Assembly (NCBI GenBank): GCA_977030845.1
Contig: OZ365118.1
Location: 11,408,001 to 11,472,000 of the forward strand
DNA length: 64,000 bases
Direction of reading: 5' to 3'
Source: Fimbriosthenelais zetlandica
Taxonomy: Eukaryota
Shown here: positions 1 to 11,900 of the stretch, piece after piece
How the letters are laid out: every line of letters starts with the position of its first letter
Numbering within the stretch: position 1 is the first letter of the stretch
Notes under the pieces: generated by a model
Seen by the model: the letters and a program-made list of their open reading frames with translations, nothing else
Told to the model about the DNA's origin: nothing
The model's database searches: none
Position numbers and translations under genes: made by a program

Positions 1-677
1 AGTTTGAAGTTAGTTAGCGTAAAGTAATCATTAACATAGGTTATAATATTATACTTCATAATATTTATATGAAATTTTTAAAAGTTAGACAGTGGAAACT
101 TGTATTATCATATGGAAAGTAACTTCTGACCATTTTTGCATCTCCTCACTCCCCACCCCGCCCCGCCCGCACCCCATCCCCCCACCCACCTTACCCATTT
201 CCCATCTCCATCTCTTCCCCTTCCCACTTCCCTGGAAGGTCAACCTGAGGAGGGACTTAAACTCAGCCGTCGGATCACTTCTGATTCTGACTTTAGTTCT
301 CATTTTAAGATTCTACACTTTTATTTCTTTTTTATTCCGCCCTTAGAGGCAGTCTATCCCTCTACCTATACCCCAGCCTTTTTTTTCCGTTCGTCTGAAT
401 GGTGACCAGATGTTAATTAACGCACCCGGCCTTTGGACTCTTGCCGTATGCCCCTGACAGGGCAGTATGAGTTCACTATCCAGCTCTGTGCACTGGGGGT
501 CTCTGACCTCCCCCCTGAGAACTTGGGGATTATAAACTGGATTATTTACTCCACGGGCGACCTGGAGGTTAGCTGTGCTTTTGGGTACCGTGGCCATTAA
601 CCGGAGTACCTCGATGTCCCATGCGATAGTTGGGATCCTGGAACGTCCTACCTTACCCTCCTACTACCCCTATCCCT

Positions 678-736
678 GAGCGAGGGTAATACTAGTGGCG
701 CCACTTCTTGTGGCGCCACTAGTATTACCCTCGCTC
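678..736. repeat. Perfect 27-bp inverted repeat with 5-nt loop
   Basis: gagcgagggtaatactagtggcgccac-ttctt-gtggcgccactagtattaccctcgctc. Confidence 0.95.
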
Positions 737-986
737 GCCACAAGGGGCATCACTCTTGTACTCTGTTTGAAGATCAAATAAAATGCAACAAACAAATATT
801 TCAATTTCTTGTTCTTATTCCCTCCTACCGCGCCGCTCGTTCCACCTACCCAACTGCACCTACCACCCCACTCCTACCGCACTACTCCCGCACCAGAAGC
901 AGGCACGTTACCACTGAGCTATGAACATGGCTGGTATACAGAGTGGTAAATGAGGGCTTTATCTTGAGACTGGCCAAGTGACCTGG

Positions 987-1040
987 TCTGAGTTGTCTTG
1001 AGTTGTCTGAGTTGTCTGAGTTGTCTGAGTTGTCTGAGCT
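987..1040. repeat. 9-bp tandem repeat (ctgagttgt)n
   Basis: About 6 copies visible. Confidence 0.9.
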
Positions 1041-1476
1041 GTTTGAAGCCGACTTATTAAAAAATAAAATCTAAATAATAAGAAAAGTAAAATACAAGGC
1101 CTAAGACCTTGGCTCAGACCATGTCTCAGACCTTGTCTCAGACCATATGAAAAAATAAATTCCAAATAAAAAAAAATATTGAGAAATAAAATACAAGGCC
1201 TTCAGACACTGAAACCGGGAGAACGCTTCCTATATTGAAAATGGAAGACTTTAAAGTGATGGAACGTTTGGAAAGTGGAAGAACGCCTACGAGAAAGGGC
1301 TTTGAAGTGATGGAGGGGTTTGGTAGGACACATTGAAAACGTCACTTTTATGTCAGAATGTCCTTTTTATTAATACTTAGGGTTCAGCAGTCATTTTCAC
1401 CGTTTTAGAATAGTACATTATCTCAAATAAATCCTCTCGTTAAAAAAACTATTAGGAAATTCACAAGGCGGTGTGG

Positions 1477-1779
1477 AAAGGCAAAGAACATTAAATTAAG
1501 ATTGATATAGAAATCCTTGAAAGCACTGTGCCCTGCCAATATTTCATGAACCTAAGAACTGAGAAATCAGTACTTATGAGCACCTTCATTAAAGTAATTC
1601 CATAAATCCTATTAACACAATATTTCAATGCTCATAAGTTAACATAATCACAATCAACTAAGACTTTTCCTCAGAAGAAGAAAGCCAAAGAACATTAAAT
1701 TAAGATTGATACAGAAATCCTTTAAAGCACTGAGCCATGCCAATATTTCTTGAACCTAAGAACTGAGAAATCAGTACTA
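1477..1779. repeat. Direct duplication of about 100 bp (about 1477-1575 and 1681-1779)
   Basis: aaagaacattaaattaagattgat...gaacctaagaactgagaaatcagtact occurs twice with few mismatches. Confidence 0.9.
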
Positions 1780-1995
1780 ATAAGCAACTTTTTCCTGAGA
1801 AGAAATCATTAAAATTAGGTACCACATGTACCTGTTTTGCTGTCCATTTTAAGAACATTTAGGTTACAAGTTCTTAAAATGAATTAATTAGGAACTCCAG
1901 ATAAGTCTTGTTTGGATAAGAAAGTACATAATTCAAAACCACAATATTATCCATCTTACTATATGAGACACATTTTCTAATCACTATTCTGATAG

Positions 1996-2502
1996 TGTCA
2001 CCGACAGATCGACAGGTGTCACAAGTATTATTTATTATCAATATTAAATCCCTTTCATGTTTCTATATCCATGTCTCCATAATTTTAATGTTTCCCAATC
2101 TAGACGTCTATGTCCCTTATCCAAGCCAGCCTGTCTCCAGAGATGTGTACATCTCAGGAACAGGCATGGTCTGGCATCTTTAAGCTTGCCATCCCTATTG
2201 TCATTATCAATGCTTTGATGACATGGGATGCAGGCAGCTTTATCTCTTACCAATTGTATATATTATTATTAGCGTATGGGCCTTCGCCCCCTGACTATAT
2301 ATAAACCCATACCTTTGGGTTCATAGACAGAACACCTTGGGGCACTCTTTAGAACACTACTGGACATTCATACGAACACAGACATTGTATATTATACTCT
2401 GAGCTGGACTCTCCAATAAAACCTACAGTATAACTATACACCTGGAATCCTCATCATTATTATATCACCTTCTACAATATTAGATGTGACACATACGTCA
2501 CA
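1996..2502 (+). mobile_element. Solo LTR (TG...CA, 4-bp TSD)
   Basis: Begins TGTCA and ends TCACA, flanked by ATAG at 1992-1995 and 2503-2506. Contains a TATATAAA box near 2297 and AATAAA near 2415. Confidence 0.65.
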
Positions 2503-2524
2503 ATAGAGGGACTGGGCTTTGATT

Positions 2525-2660
2525 AAATGAAGGGCTGGCAATTATTTCAAGGATAGACTAAGTAAAGGAAGGGCTGGGAATTATTCCAAGGATAGCCTAA
2601 TTATAGGAAGGGCTGGGAATAAGTTTAAGGACAAACTTTAATTAAAGGAAGGGCTGGGCG
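2525..2660. repeat. Degenerate tandem repeat of about 39 bp
   Basis: gaagggctggg core repeated four times. Confidence 0.8.
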
Positions 2661-2906
2661 TTCAGGAGAGGGACCAGGCAATTATGTTAACGTGTTATAC
2701 ATTCTGCTGCTGCTCTAATTTCCTAGACACATGGTACACTAATTGTGTATTATACAATAATTGAACATTGTACACCAATTGTGCATTCTACGATACCTTA
2801 CAATGACATTTTACTCAATAAAGCGGGCAGGAAATACACTGCATCGTGCTGAGTTGTCTTCCGCCGTCAGGTCTGGTCCGTGCGTGTCAGCTCTTGTTGA
2901 AAATAT

Positions 2907-3607
2907 AAGTCACCCTGATTACCAGGTTACCATGGCATCCTGAAAACTATGTAATTTTATCGATTTTTCAGCAGATTTATTTTGAGTTTCCAGAGCAACT
3001 GCAGTAATTGGTATTTCAGCAATTTTTACATTCAATATTCAATGTACGTCAACTACCTATGTCATGCATATATAATTAAAGACAATTGTATCGGTCAGTT
3101 TCCATGGTGATGACAGCAAAAAGGAACATTCACATTATAACAGATAAACAGAGTGGAAGTATATCTAAAGGAGCGGGGCTAAGGAGCGCATGCGGGGCTA
3201 AGGAGCGCATGCGGGGCTAAGGAGCGCAGGCAAGGCTAGGAAATGCAAGCAAAGCATGGCTTAATGCAGGCAGATCAGAGCAGCGCAAGCGAGCCATAGC
3301 AGCGCAAGCGGGCCATAGCAGCGCAAGGTATTTCTATACCTGACCTGACCAGAGAGAGGAAGGGTGCAGAGAGGAGGATGTGAATGTTGCATTTCGCCCT
3401 TATCACCATGGAAACTATCCAATACAATTGTCTTTAATTATATATGCATGAGATAGGTGGTTGACATACCTTGAATATTAAATGTAAAACTTCTGAAATA
3501 CCAATTACTGCAGTTGCTATGGAAACTAAAAATATGTATTTGCTGAAAAATCGACAAAATTACAGAGTTTTCAGGTTGCCATAGTAACCACTTAATCAGG
3601 GTGACTT
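2907..3607. mobile_element. Foldback / long-TIR non-autonomous element
   Basis: Imperfect inverted arms of about 230 bp (2907-3135 and 3378-3607) around a spacer containing short tandem repeats (gcggggctaaggagcgcat x3; gcagcgcaagcgRgccata). Confidence 0.8.
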
Positions 3608-4017
3608 TTTAATATTTAGAACGCCCTCTGGGAGTACTTCCATATGAGGAATGACATGCCCATATCGGATGTAGAATTTTTCCCAAATTATAAAATTTGT
3701 CTTTTTTTTAAATAAAGAGGTTCATAATCTTTATTTTTTATCTTCACATATTTAGCTATCGAAAAAAGAAATTGTACGGAGCAAGTGGTGTAGGGTAAAA
3801 TCATTTTAGAGCTCTTTGAGGGATCTTGAGCCCGGACTATAATAGCGTCTATACAGACTAACAATCTGAAATTAAGCTAAGTCAACAGTTCATTTCTACA
3901 ACCATTTGGCCTATGACATTAAATCATCTGATCTGTATAACGTTAATTGTAGGTTTACTCATGTCTTCTACTCTACAATGTAGGGAGGGGAGAGAACATT
4001 TGACTTAACTTAGGTGT

Positions 4018-4127
4018 CTGGCACGCATTGATGAAGTTTGTCCACGCCATGTGACGTGATGTACATGATGAATGCATCGCTGTCTACAGGTTCTGGACGC
4101 TTCCTCCGTCACTGCTGCTCTAATGTC
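4018..4127 (-). pseudogene. Caspase (peptidase C14 p20) pseudogene exon fragment
   Basis: After a tttgtag acceptor: DIRAAVTEEASR, frameshift, VDSDAFIMYITSHG (His motif), then after a deletion and frameshift K-FINACQ (Cys motif, compare QACxG). The motifs are in caspase order but frame-disrupted. Confidence 0.65.
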
Positions 4128-4256
4128 CTACAAAACGACATAAAGGATGTAGAGGTAAATATATTTTGAACTATTTTAAAAAGCATATAATTAATATATA
4201 ATGATATAGACGTATATACATGATGTGTGTCAGTGTCAATTAAGGCGACAGCCTGA

Positions 4257-4333
4257 TGCTCATTGAGACATGATGCTCATTGAGACATGATGCTCATTGA
4301 GACATGATGCTCATTGAGACATGATGCTCATTG
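4257..4333. repeat. 17-bp tandem repeat
   Basis: tgatgctcattgagaca, about 4.6 copies. Confidence 0.95.
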
Positions 4334-4509
4334 TGGTATTTCTAAACAATGGACTGTAATATCGGTCGTGTCCGTTGAACTACGGACGTAAGTAACAATT
4401 TATTTCCTTAGTAGGATTGGAGAGAAAGTACGTGTTTAGGTGGGTGGTATGAAGAAAGGGAACTGGATTTCCAGGGTGATTTTACATGTCACATTAGCTA
4501 TGTCACCAA

Positions 4510-4705
4510 TATCACCCAGTCACAAAATCCCGACACCAGGCCGACCAGCCCTTGTAGTTTCTGTCCTCTTATTGCTGAGTGCCAAACAACGTTTGACCAA
4601 AGACCCTATAAGGTTTGACCTGACTGTGGTTTTTATTGGACCTGGCCGTGTATCGAACTAGCAACCTTCACCACACGGGGACGGACATTCTCACCACTGT
4701 TCTGG
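4510..4705 (-). mobile_element. tRNA-derived SINE copy
   Basis: cacccagtcac...gacaccaggccgaccagccc...ctcttattgctgagtgcc, plus a head containing agttcgatac on the minus strand. Confidence 0.7.
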
Positions 4706-5189
4706 TCTCCAGGATGATAATTATATGTCTAACACAATATCTCGAAAAGACTAATCCATAGAGTAACTGAGTGTACATACCTGAATAAAGCCCTTCTGGA
4801 AGTCTGCTATGGTATTAGACGTGACGAGGTTATTGAGAAACTTCACTCACAACCATGTTCTCCACCAGCCTGTGACTATGCTCGATAAGACGGTCCTATC
4901 TTGCCGAGTCATTCTGAAAGTTTAAGCAAGTAAACAAGCAAATAAGCAATGGATAAACAAATTCATGAGCAAATGAGCAAGTCAGCAAATAAATAAATAA
5001 ACAAATAAATAAATAACGGTAGAAATAATCAGACATGCTATTTGCAGCCTTACGCTTTGGTCTTGTTGCACACCCCCACCTCCGCCCTCAACGCACATCT
5101 CTCCCTCCCCAAACTAATACTCAAGCCAGTTTCTAAGCATTTTCAACATCATGATATATACAATCGTTCTTTACAAATTTGGTTCTTAC

Positions 5190-5399
5190 CTTGATTTCTT
5201 TCCTCAGAGGTCGGATGGGAAGCTGGAGAATTTCAGGACAAAAGTACCGGTAGTGACACAGGCACACGAGGTGGCACAGGCACAATAGATGGCAGAGAAG
5301 ATGGCACGCCAGTTAGCAGCACTAGCACATGGTTTGCCACATGTGTGGTCCCAGAGCGCCCAGACGATCCATGTGTGGCTTAGCAAAACGATTTTTGCT
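5190..5399 (-). pseudogene. Orphan 210-nt exon-like segment; Pro/Ser-rich linker with in-frame stops
   Basis: ttttgtag acceptor and GTAAGA donor; length divisible by 3. The phase-1 frame reads ...GVPSSLPSIVPVPPRVPVSLP...SPASHPTSEERNQ with two stops. All three frames contain a stop. Confidence 0.4.
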
Positions 5400-6654
5400 C
5401 TACAAAATGTAAAATTTCATATATTTATTAACATGTCATTCAGGGGGTCAAGTGCGGTTTATACACCAATGTATCTGCAATAAAAACACGAATTCTGAAA
5501 TAATATTTCAATCAACATGTATCTTTTCTATAAATTACCCAAAGAAAAAAGATATCTGAGCTTCGATTTCCCATAACACAGTGAGACTAGATCAAATACA
5601 GACATAAGATTTCTGGAATCAAACCTGTTAGCACATGTTTCCACGCGAAATTATCACAAACACACACATTAAAATAAAGAAATTCTAAGTAATTCTTGCT
5701 CACCAGAATCATACATTTCATACAGCCGTTCAAATTCTCACAATAAGGTCACAAATCGTGGTCAAATCCGTTCAATATTCCACAGAGGCAAGCAAAGCAG
5801 GTGTTCTTGACCAGTCCTATCCCACAGTGACCAGAACCAGTTGCACTCATATATATAATATATAAACCTTCAAATCCAAATTCCAGGAGAATCAAATAGG
5901 GGGAACATTATACAGTTGTAAACACCTGTACAAGTGTCTCTATTCTAAACTATGCTATAGTATGGGCATAACCTTGGTCTAGTCTGTGGGCTAATCTAAC
6001 AAATGTTTTCACCGGACATTCTAACAAAGACACACATTTATATCAACAAATAGTCACATGTTCTTGCTCACCTGAATCCCACATTTCACACCGCGGGTCC
6101 TATTCGGATAATAAGGTCCTAAATCCATGTAAAATTCGACCAATATTCAAAAGAGGAAAAGAATCTGGAAAACATGTGCTGTTGACCAGTCCTCTCCCAA
6201 AGTGACCACAACCGGTCTGGCCCGGACTAATCGATTAATAGGCCAATGAAGTAGATATTTAGTTTCACTAAATGATTAAAAGTAATGTACACGTTCGAAT
6301 TATATTCCACACCTGCATGTGAATGCGGTCACCAAATCCTGTAATAATTTCTATTTTTTCATGGAAACCGGAATATATTTAGAATTTGGCGTAATCAGAA
6401 AATGTTCAGCTGAAATAAAACATAGTTATACGATATTTGGCCTAATGGTTTGGTCTTGGACAAACAATTCATAACACTTACTAGGTGTCCTGATCCGCCT
6501 CTACACACCCCCCCTCCCCCTCCCCCTACAATATAGCGTATATATATGCTTCGTCAAGCTGACCCGATTTTACAGGAAATACAAATTTTATACGGTACCG
6601 TACTGTTTAGAAATCTGTACCGTACCATAAAATATAATAATTATAGTTATTGAT

Positions 6655-6720
6655 ATGTCATGGCATAGTGGTTAGCCTTTGACTCCCATGTGGAAGATCA
6701 CTGGTTCGAGTACCAAGCAT
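6655..6720 (+). mobile_element. tRNA-like SINE head or tRNA pseudogene
   Basis: A-box TGGCATAGTGG (6661-6671) and B-box GGTTCGAGTAC (6703-6713); no convincing acceptor stem. Confidence 0.5.
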
Positions 6721-7604
6721 TTTTCACATTTGCTTATTTTTTGGGGTGTTCGCAACATCAAGTACACGAAAGCACATTTGAAAAATGTTTGGGTCTATAA
6801 TCAGGGATCCACATACAAGTCAAACACTATACCAACTAATATCATTTATGAAATATCTAGAATTTGCGGTCGGAGAGGAAGGTCTCAATTTCAATTCAAC
6901 AAGCATTCATAATTTTTTTCTCAGAATTAAACCATGCAAAATATTTTCAAGATGGTAAAATTACACCAAGGATTTCTAACACTAATAGTATTTTTTTAAA
7001 CCGAACCCAAAATTGGCAGATGAAGGCATGAAGTAACCTGCAACTGTGTACCCACTAAAATCAACGAGCAGAATGCATCAAAGGCAATGCAAATTCTGAT
7101 GAAATGTAGCAGAGTGGAGTGTTGTGAGAGAGGCGAGGTGCCCGTTATCAGCTTCCTCCATACAGCCCCATGTGTCCCCCCATGGAATTGTTTGTAGCAG
7201 GCTGGAGGAAAGGACCCCCAGCTTCCTCCAGAAGCCGCTGTTATCTACCTCCACGGCTGACTGGCCTCGCTAAGCCCACCTCTTCATGCTTCTCCACCTT
7301 CTCCTCCATGCATTAGGCCAAACTTTAATGCCCAGATTCTGGTAACGTGGCAGAAAATCAGACAAAATGTAATCTGCAGCTCAGAATCCGTTTATTTAAA
7401 ACCAATATTTGCAGTGGTAGGTCAATTCTAGTTCGCCCATGTTATTCTTATTAATATTTTCACAGGTTATCAGTCAGTTATCAGTCTCGTCTACCATAGG
7501 GAATCTATAGGGTATGAGACGCGTCTACCATACTGCCCCCCCCCCCGCCCCCAAATTCTGCGGTAGGGGGCCTGTAGCCCCCCTGTTTCTTATATGCCCC
7601 TATT

Positions 7605-7810
7605 ATACAGATAGACTAAGAGACCCTTCGACAGATACAGACACAGCAGATAGATAGAGAGATAGATAGAGACAAGCAGAGATAGACAGAGAGATGGATG
7701 CATGCATGCATGCGGAGATGGAGGGATGGATGGAGGGATGATAGATGGAGAAAGGTTAAAGGGAAATATATATAGTATAGAGAGAGATAGAGAGAAGACG
7801 GATAGAGAAA
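7605..7810. repeat. Degenerate (GATA)/(GA) microsatellite
   Basis: Purine-rich gata/gaga/gatg repeats. Confidence 0.85.
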
Positions 7811-8453
7811 GAAAACACAAAGTTCTACTGTAACACAACTACACTAAAGCTAAATTCTCCACTAAAGCTAAATTAATGTACTGACGAAAGCTAAATTTGA
7901 AGCTGAGGCCATTCTTGAGTAATAATTATTAGACTAAGCGTACTAACATGTTTATTGCACGTATTTACAGCCAAAGCTACAGCCAAATTTAAATTTTGGG
8001 GCATGGACCGGAAGTGATCATAATTCATATTATACAAGCAATATAAAAGCATCCATTATATACATTCAATTTGTATATATTGACCTGAATATTATTGTAA
8101 ATACTCCATTGCATGAGTGGGTGCATGAGTTAAAATTCCGAAAATCAGGAAAATACAGAAGTTTTGAATGGAATATGAATATAACTCCTGCCCTACGCCA
8201 CTCCACTTAGAGACTATCTGGGGATGGGCCAGTGTGTCTGGAAGCTGGAGCTTACCCTCATTAGCCTTGTATTTGTCTACCGTACACTGTCACCATCAAT
8301 CAGTGAAAGGTAAGACAGGAGGTAATTGGTATGCTGTCTTATGGCCCAGTCCAACCTGATTACTTACTACTGTGTACTAAACACACTGCAGGCAGAAATG
8401 AAAACAATAAACTGTGTATAGATGCGTTAAATATCACAAAATCTTTGACTTAC

Positions 8454-8587
8454 CTGAACGAGCGTTTATTCCTTGAAGCGTTGATCATTATCCACTTTCT
8501 TAGTGTATTCCTTAAAGCGTTGATTTCTTCGTTTTATTGTCTTCCTTGACGTGTTGATATCACCAGTCTTATTCAGTCAGTTTAGAA
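8454..8587 (-). other. Orphan exon-like segment (non-coding or decayed)
   Basis: Strong acceptor (tttgtttgtttaccttcag) and donor (cag|GTAAGT); 134 nt; stops in all frames; internal duplication of atcaacgcttYaaggaata. Confidence 0.4.
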
Positions 8588-8880
8588 CTGAAGGTAAACA
8601 AACAAACCAAACCATATATAAATCCTAGCTAATACATAGAAACGATATTGAATTGGACGGAAAATCCAATGTCATAAGTTATGCAAAGACAATTGAAATC
8701 ACAAGGCTAATATTTGAATTGATATGACACTTACTTTCTGTGTGGGTTCTATATTGTTTTAGTATACAATATCCAGTGTGTGAGTTCCAAGATGGAGGGT
8801 GGACCTGGGTCACATGACTCTGGTCATGTGATCCAGCCACTAGTGACCAGGATGTTTAATTATAGGGACAGAAAATGAAG

Positions 8881-8952
8881 TCCCAAGGGGGGTTCGAAAT
8901 CACAACTTTGCCATTCAGATGGCTACACCCTACCATTGAGCCACTGCGACTC
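8881..8952 (-). mobile_element. tRNA-like SINE head
   Basis: The minus strand has TGGCTCAATGG and a degenerate B-box ATTTCGAACCC at tRNA-like spacing. Confidence 0.45.
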
Positions 8953-11900
8953 ATGCCCATGACTGTGACCATTACAAACTGATTGTTTATTTTAGGTATG
9001 GGTCTGTTAGCTAGATGTATGTTGATCATCTAGCCCACTGCACAAATAAGGCATTTTTTAGAATTGAGAATCGAGGCAGTTTTCCGGCATTCTAGTCGGG
9101 TTCGCCTCTTATGACTTAATTAGTACCCTTCCCATAAAGCATTCCCTCCAAGGGGGGCTAATATATAGTAATAATATCCCACAGAGTCAGGCCCCATAGC
9201 TCCCTCACCCACTCTTATCTCACAGTCCCGTAAGACATTGTCTAATTTTTCTCCGGTAGAGACCCGGTATAATATCAATTGAGTATCAATAAAAGCCCAA
9301 GCCATCATTTCGATGTGGCACCAATATCCGCCCACTGTCTCATAAATATAATGTGAAATTCCCTAAATCCCCAGCCCTGAGAAAAACACTAAACAAATCA
9401 AGTTTTAACATTAAATTCCAGGGAATATTTATTTTTGAAATGCATCACATAAATACCATGCCCATCGTAATATTGTCCATCATGCAATGCTGGCTCTACA
9501 TTTCCATCGCTCGCGTTTGGTCGCCTAAGACGATATGGCCAATTTGCCTCAACACTGCTACCTCAACAGACCCAGTCAACAAAACCAGATACTGCGAATA
9601 TCACAAGACACCCTCAACCCAATTCAACATGACGACTACCAAAAGGTATCATAATATTGACTATACTCTGTGATTAATTACTCCATAATTTACACTGATG
9701 GATGCGAGGATAATCGAATTGAAAATGCGGGGAAAATGGGGAGATTTTGATTATAGTATCGGTCGGGTGGAATTGAGGAATATTTTGGGAGGAGGGGGTT
9801 ATGGAGTCTGCTTTCTATATTTGCTTGTCTGTTTGTTGACTGCGCCTGCGCATGGTTGGCTGGCCCGGATGCTGGTCGCCTCGTATTGCACTTTAATTAA
9901 AAACCGTTTGTCGTGAGACTTCCCAGTCCAAATCAAGCTTCATTGCTTGGAGGCAAGGAGATATATATCTGAGTTAAGGAGAGTAATGAACAGCCAAGGC
10001 CTGCCCACAGCATTCATTACCTTTTACACAAAGCATAAGTGTACAGGGAAGATTCTGTAGAATACCAGTTAGCAACAGGAGTCCTAAAAGTCTCATATCG
10101 TATACAACGATTTTAGTTAATGCCCAACGCTGAGAAGATAATTATAATCATCTATGTTGCCATAGGAAATTATTAAGAATTGAGTTATAGACATCTTCAT
10201 GATTCATTATACTAGATCAGAACTGCTGCTTTTGTGGAGGTACTTTAAACCATTTAGAAATATAGATTCAACTATGTCTCGGAAATCAATACATTTTCCG
10301 GCTTCAACATATCATTATATCCAGACCTTGCAGTCAATAAATTGTCATTGTCACAAGTGGTGACACGACCAGAACAAGAATGTAACACCTTTGTATGGGG
10401 ATTGATTGTCTGAGGCGGAATCATAAGAGATAATCACTTAAGTGTGCCCCCTGCCAACAGGTTGATTTCATCAAATACATATCTCCTTGATGAACATTCT
10501 TTAGACGCTTCAACACTTGCTATATTTTACATCCTCTCTTAGTCCTACATGGTCCCTGCACCACACCCCGTTGAGACGCTTGCAAAGTCTTAATGATAAA
10601 ATCCCTTTAGGCCAAGATTTTAGAATCGTCATAATATTACAATCATGTTACAATTGTGATTGTCATTATTGACTTAAATAATCACCACTTTTAACTGTTT
10701 ATGATTTCTTTAGAAAATAAAATAACACCCCTTTGGTGACCCATAGAGCGGTCATATTAAATATATATATTATATATGTATGTATGATATCTATATATAT
10801 ATGCATTATAGAACAATATCTAACGACACCCTTGTAATCTGTCAAATGAAATTGAAGCCAAGGATCAACTATATTTATACAATGATAAATGCTATTGGCA
10901 TAGTTACGGAATATATTACCACCAAAAGCAGAATATATTATATATAATATTATAACACGAATGCCGACCTTTGGTATATTTTTTTCTAAGATAATATTGC
11001 CTTACTGACTTCATCACAGAACCCTTCTTGGTTTCACCAGCCTTTTCTTCAAACCTCTGTTGCAGTCTTCTTTGAACATACACACATTCATCTTGTGCAG
11101 TCCAACATGTCTATATACATAGTAACAATAAACACCACGAGGGAGCTGCATTTATAGAAAAAGTGGACATAATCTCGTGCGAGGACCATACATTTAACCA
11201 CATAGGTGAGTTTCTCGTATAAGTTAATACCTACAGAATTATTACCAGGATCAAATTATCAGGATCAGAATTTACCAGTTCTGGTATATTTTTTTTAACA
11301 GGACTTGCACAAGATATGTAATAGAGAATCAGTAAGCACCAAAAGCAATGTAGACCACATGGAAAAACGGGTAAACTGTAAACATACATAATTATGATGA
11401 ACACCCCAAATTTTCCAATATATTTTGTGCGTTTATAAGTTGAAAGTCATTGGGATCAACAATCTAAAAATTAACCATTCATTACAGCTATTCACCGCTA
11501 AGTCAATGGGAACTGATGCAAAATATTTGCACCATTTGCAATATATGATACCCACAGAATTGATAATATTATGGTGACACTGTGAATGTATGGCAAAACT
11601 TTAGAATCAACATCGATCAGTACCGGTGTTACCCCATTGAAGACAAGGCGCGAATGATTCATTGACACATTGACAAGAAAAACTCGGAATAATCCAGACT
11701 AAGGACAAATAGATGACTAAAAAGTTCGCACAATTCTAGGACCAAGAGGTAAAGTAAACAATCGACCTATTATGGATATACAACTTTATCATCCACCTAG
11801 ACATGAAGCATCAGCTTCATGCTACATCATCATATTTGTGCATTTTATTTTTTTTACAGTGGAAGGGCAATAATCCTTTTGATGCTTTTATGGGTTAACA

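Noticed and set aside
1241-1336. Short ORF MEDFKVMERLESGRTPTRKGFEVMEGFGRTH
   Set aside because: Only 31 aa, built from an internal duplication (tttRaagtgatgga), with no supporting context.
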